Source: Porphyridium purpureum (Eukaryota). Taken from it: 64,000 bases of DNA. The DNA lies in contig VRMN01000003.1 in assembly GCA_008690995.1 (NCBI GenBank), forward strand, positions 1,922,001 to 1,986,000, in the 5' to 3' direction. This document shows positions 61,328 to 64,000 of the stretch, piece after piece. A program made the translations under genes and the position numbers. The notes under the pieces are model-generated. The model was not told the DNA's origin, did no database searches, and saw only the letters and a program-made list of their open reading frames with translations. Within the stretch, counting starts at the first letter, position 1. Every line of letters starts with the position of its first letter.

Positions 61328-63895
61328 TCACGGGTTAGCGGCAGTGTCGCTCGACGCTGGAAAGTCCTTGTACCAAAAGTCATACGCCGCGACAACGTTG
61401 CCGTCAAACTGCTCCCTCGCTTCTGCGCACAGCGCGTCCACGCTGAACATATCCTCCGAGCGTGACGATTTGAAATTGCCTGGGTCTGCGTCGTCTGGGT
61501 CTTGCAAGGAGGAGGAAGAGGAAGGAGTAGAGGTGTTGTCGTCCGCAGTGTCGGACAATTCAAATTCCTCGTCCGTCTCCAGGCTGTCCGGGTCGATGCT
61601 ATCATCATCCACCTCTTCAAACTCGTCCGCCCCTTCCTGAAGGATATCGCTGCTGCCTTCGTATCGCGCCTGGTAGCGGCTCGAAAAGTGCGTCAGCACC
61701 AGCGTTTGCGCATTGATTCGCTGCGCGAACCGGCCCGCCATACCCGCAGTCGAGTGCATCGAAATATCTGCCTTGTCCCTGAGCTTATTTGCAAACGTGG
61801 CCTCGTGTACCAAGATATCGGCGTTCTGCGCGGCGGGTACAATCAACGACGCGTCGCAGTTGTCCCCCAACATAACCACCTTTCGCGCTCTCTCAGGCAC
61901 AACACGAAAGTCGGTCGGACGCGACGGCGCGGTTCGATCAGACTTAATTTCACCACTGGTCACACGGCTCGGCCCGTCAGATCCACTCGATCCTTTGGCA
62001 ACCTGCTCTGGAAGCACAGTCTGGCCAGTCGACTTGACTGTCACGGGCCGTCCCGAGCGTAGCACGGCAAACTGTCGACCCTTCACACCAAGAGCACGCG
62101 CCTTTTCCACGTCGATGTCACACACGTCTGCAAAGTCCGCGCCACGGGTGACAGAGTCAGCAGTGGGTCCTTCTGAGACTGATGCCACAGCACCTGACCG
62201 GGCCATCGCGTCCGCAAACAACGCACTTCCACCCGCTTGCTTGGCTTGTGCATCCCGCGCTTCTCTGCCAAAACTTTCTCGTTCGCGAATCTCGTGGACG
62301 CGGTCGTTTTCCGCAAACACGTACCCGTAGCACATGACGCGGTGCGTGAGTGGCGTGGCTGTAACTTTCACTCCGGAGCGCTCATCGTCAACAAGGTGCC
62401 ACAAGCCGTCTTCAGATGCATGAATATCATCACCACGAACTTCTTCTGGATGTGGTGGAGGCACACCGTCGTCGCTCGGATGCCAATCGTCGGGCGAAAC
62501 GCCGTCTGGCAAGAGATCTGCACTACCGGGCCGCCATCGCGTGGCTTCTGTTAAATGCGGAAAGTCAGAGTCCCTAGGCACGAGTTCGTGCACGCAGAAG
62601 CGAATGCCAACCACGGCTTGAAAGAAAAGTGAGGTGCGTAGAAGCCCGCGCGTGCCGTACGGCCCAAAAATATGAATAATCGGATCTTCTCGCTCCTCGT
62701 CTGGGTGCAGCAGAGCTTGTCGCCGCCGCTTCTGAGTGTAGAAACCGGCCTCAACCAACACGCCTGGCAGCCCATACACATGGTCGCCGTGCAGGTGGGT
62801 GATAAAGATGTACCGCAACCAGTGGAAACCCTCTGCCCGAAACCATCTCAAGTCCAGCAACCGACGATACGTGTTCTCTCCTGCATCGACAAGAAACACG
62901 GTTGGGATTTGGCTCGGGTCCAGAGGCTTGCAACCGATCGCCGCCGCACTAACGTTTCTTGCCTTCGTTGGGACAGCGGAGCTCGTGCCGAGAATAGATA
63001 GGCGCCACGCATTGTTCGCTTCTGGAAGTGGCAGAGGCCTGAATCCATCCCCCTCCCAGGAACGCTGCATCGAGTCGATTTTCTCCCAGTCTGGCTTGAC
63101 GCCCGTCGGCACATACTCGCCCGTATCAAGGTCGAACCGAGCCGTCAGCTTGTCCGGCTGCAGCAATTCTTGCATCTGCTCGGGTAATTCTGCAAACTGC
63201 TCATCCGTGAGCCCAAACTTTGGATCACTAAAAAGCTCACGCCCAATGTCACGCGCCTTGTCCTTGATGTCCTCCCATTTGATGCCCGCAAGATCCGGCA
63301 CGTCTGGGCCGCAGAACTGCACCTCTTCTTCCCACAGCGCGCGATAAAAGTCCTCATCTTCATGGTTAAATCCAAGAACAAGCGGCGATGGCTTGCCCGG
63401 GCGCGCGCGGGCCTTTTCTTCCAGCAGCTGCTGCAGTTTAGACTCTGGTTTTGGCTGCAGATTCAGAATCTCGTTCCGTCGTTTCTCTCTCTTCAGCTGC
63501 TTCTTTGTCATCGACATGTCCTTGACCCTCCGTCCACGTCGCGTACTTTTCTCAGCGCGACTCTTACCGTTGGAATTGCCAGTCATCTCTGCACAACACA
63601 CGCATATCGACGACTTGTTCTCCTTGGTCCTTGCACCCGCCGAGCTTTGACCGCGCGCGACTGCGGAGAAAGATCGGGCACATGCGCTCCACGCATCTTT
63701 ACACGGATAAATTCCAGCCCAGCCCAAGCCAATTAGCAGACGCCGCTCTTGCCGCGCGCGTGCAAACTCCATCTTCCCGCCTTGTGCGCAGTCACCCAAA
63801 CGCTTTGCGTCTGCTCGGTGCGTCCCAACATCCCGCACATGCGTCCGGCCCAAGCCAACCCCAACCTTCCTCAGCAACTGTACAAAACTGTACAT
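61328..63895 (-). CDS. Ribonuclease Z (tRNase Z, metallo-beta-lactamase fold) with long N-terminal extension
   Basis: LGTSSAVPTKARN, DAGE, THLHGDH, HEATF, HST, THFSSRY; start codon uncertain (63895, 63772 or 63586). Confidence 0.9.
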   Translation of the reverse strand: MYSFVQLLRKVGVGLGRTHVRDVGTHRADAKRLGDCAQGGKMEFARARQERRLLIGLGWAGIYPCKDAWSACARSFSAVARGQSSAGARTKENKSSICVCCAEMTGNSNGKSRAEKSTRRGRRVKDMSMTKKQLKREKRRNEILNLQPKPESKLQQLLEEKARARPGKPSPLVLGFNHEDEDFYRALWEEEVQFCGPDVPDLAGIKWEDIKDKARDIGRELFSDPKFGLTDEQFAELPEQMQELLQPDKLTARFDLDTGEYVPTGVKPDWEKIDSMQRSWEGDGFRPLPLPEANNAWRLSILGTSSAVPTKARNVSAAAIGCKPLDPSQIPTVFLVDAGENTYRRLLDLRWFRAEGFHWLRYIFITHLHGDHVYGLPGVLVEAGFYTQKRRRQALLHPDEEREDPIIHIFGPYGTRGLLRTSLFFQAVVGIRFCVHELVPRDSDFPHLTEATRWRPGSADLLPDGVSPDDWHPSDDGVPPPHPEEVRGDDIHASEDGLWHLVDDERSGVKVTATPLTHRVMCYGYVFAENDRVHEIRERESFGREARDAQAKQAGGSALFADAMARSGAVASVSEGPTADSVTRGADFADVCDIDVEKARALGVKGRQFAVLRSGRPVTVKSTGQTVLPEQVAKGSSGSDGPSRVTSGEIKSDRTAPSRPTDFRVVPERARKVVMLGDNCDASLIVPAAQNADILVHEATFANKLRDKADISMHSTAGMAGRFAQRINAQTLVLTHFSSRYQARYEGSSDILQEGADEFEEVDDDSIDPDSLETDEEFELSDTADDNTSTPSSSSSLQDPDDADPGNFKSSRSEDMFSVDALCAEAREQFDGNVVAAYDFWYKDFPASSDTAANP

Positions 63896-64000
63896 CAGTC
63901 GTAACTGAACCCCACAGACAGCCCAAGTGTACCTAAAGGGTTATTTCTAGGGTCGGCGGGAGAAGCCCTTGAGAATCTGCAAGATGTATGAACGCGAGAA

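Overview
Gene-dense, apparently intron-free eukaryotic nuclear DNA of a photosynthetic organism. It is most likely a red alga (Porphyridium-like); this is inferred from nuclear psbM, a plastid-type atpC without the regulatory Cys pair, and MAF-type transit peptides. About 25 host genes are present, including IscA, MsrA, Rheb, PiT phosphate transporter, RanBP1, NAD-dependent LigA, XPB, PP4, PsbM, ProRS and RNase Z. There are three apparently recent transposable elements. (1) A Tc1 (DD34E) DNA transposon at 21530-30366 has its transposase split by (2) an intact Ty3/gypsy chromovirus at 22389-29676. (3) A 5.9-kb LTR element at 52952-58890 (minus strand) is the most unusual feature: gypsy-like Gag and protease joined by a -1 frameshift pseudoknot to a copia-order IN-RT-RH, a Myb (TRF/SANT-like) domain after the integrase, non-TG/CA termini, and insertion just upstream of psbM. 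Family assignments come from motif recognition by eye; no database searches were run.
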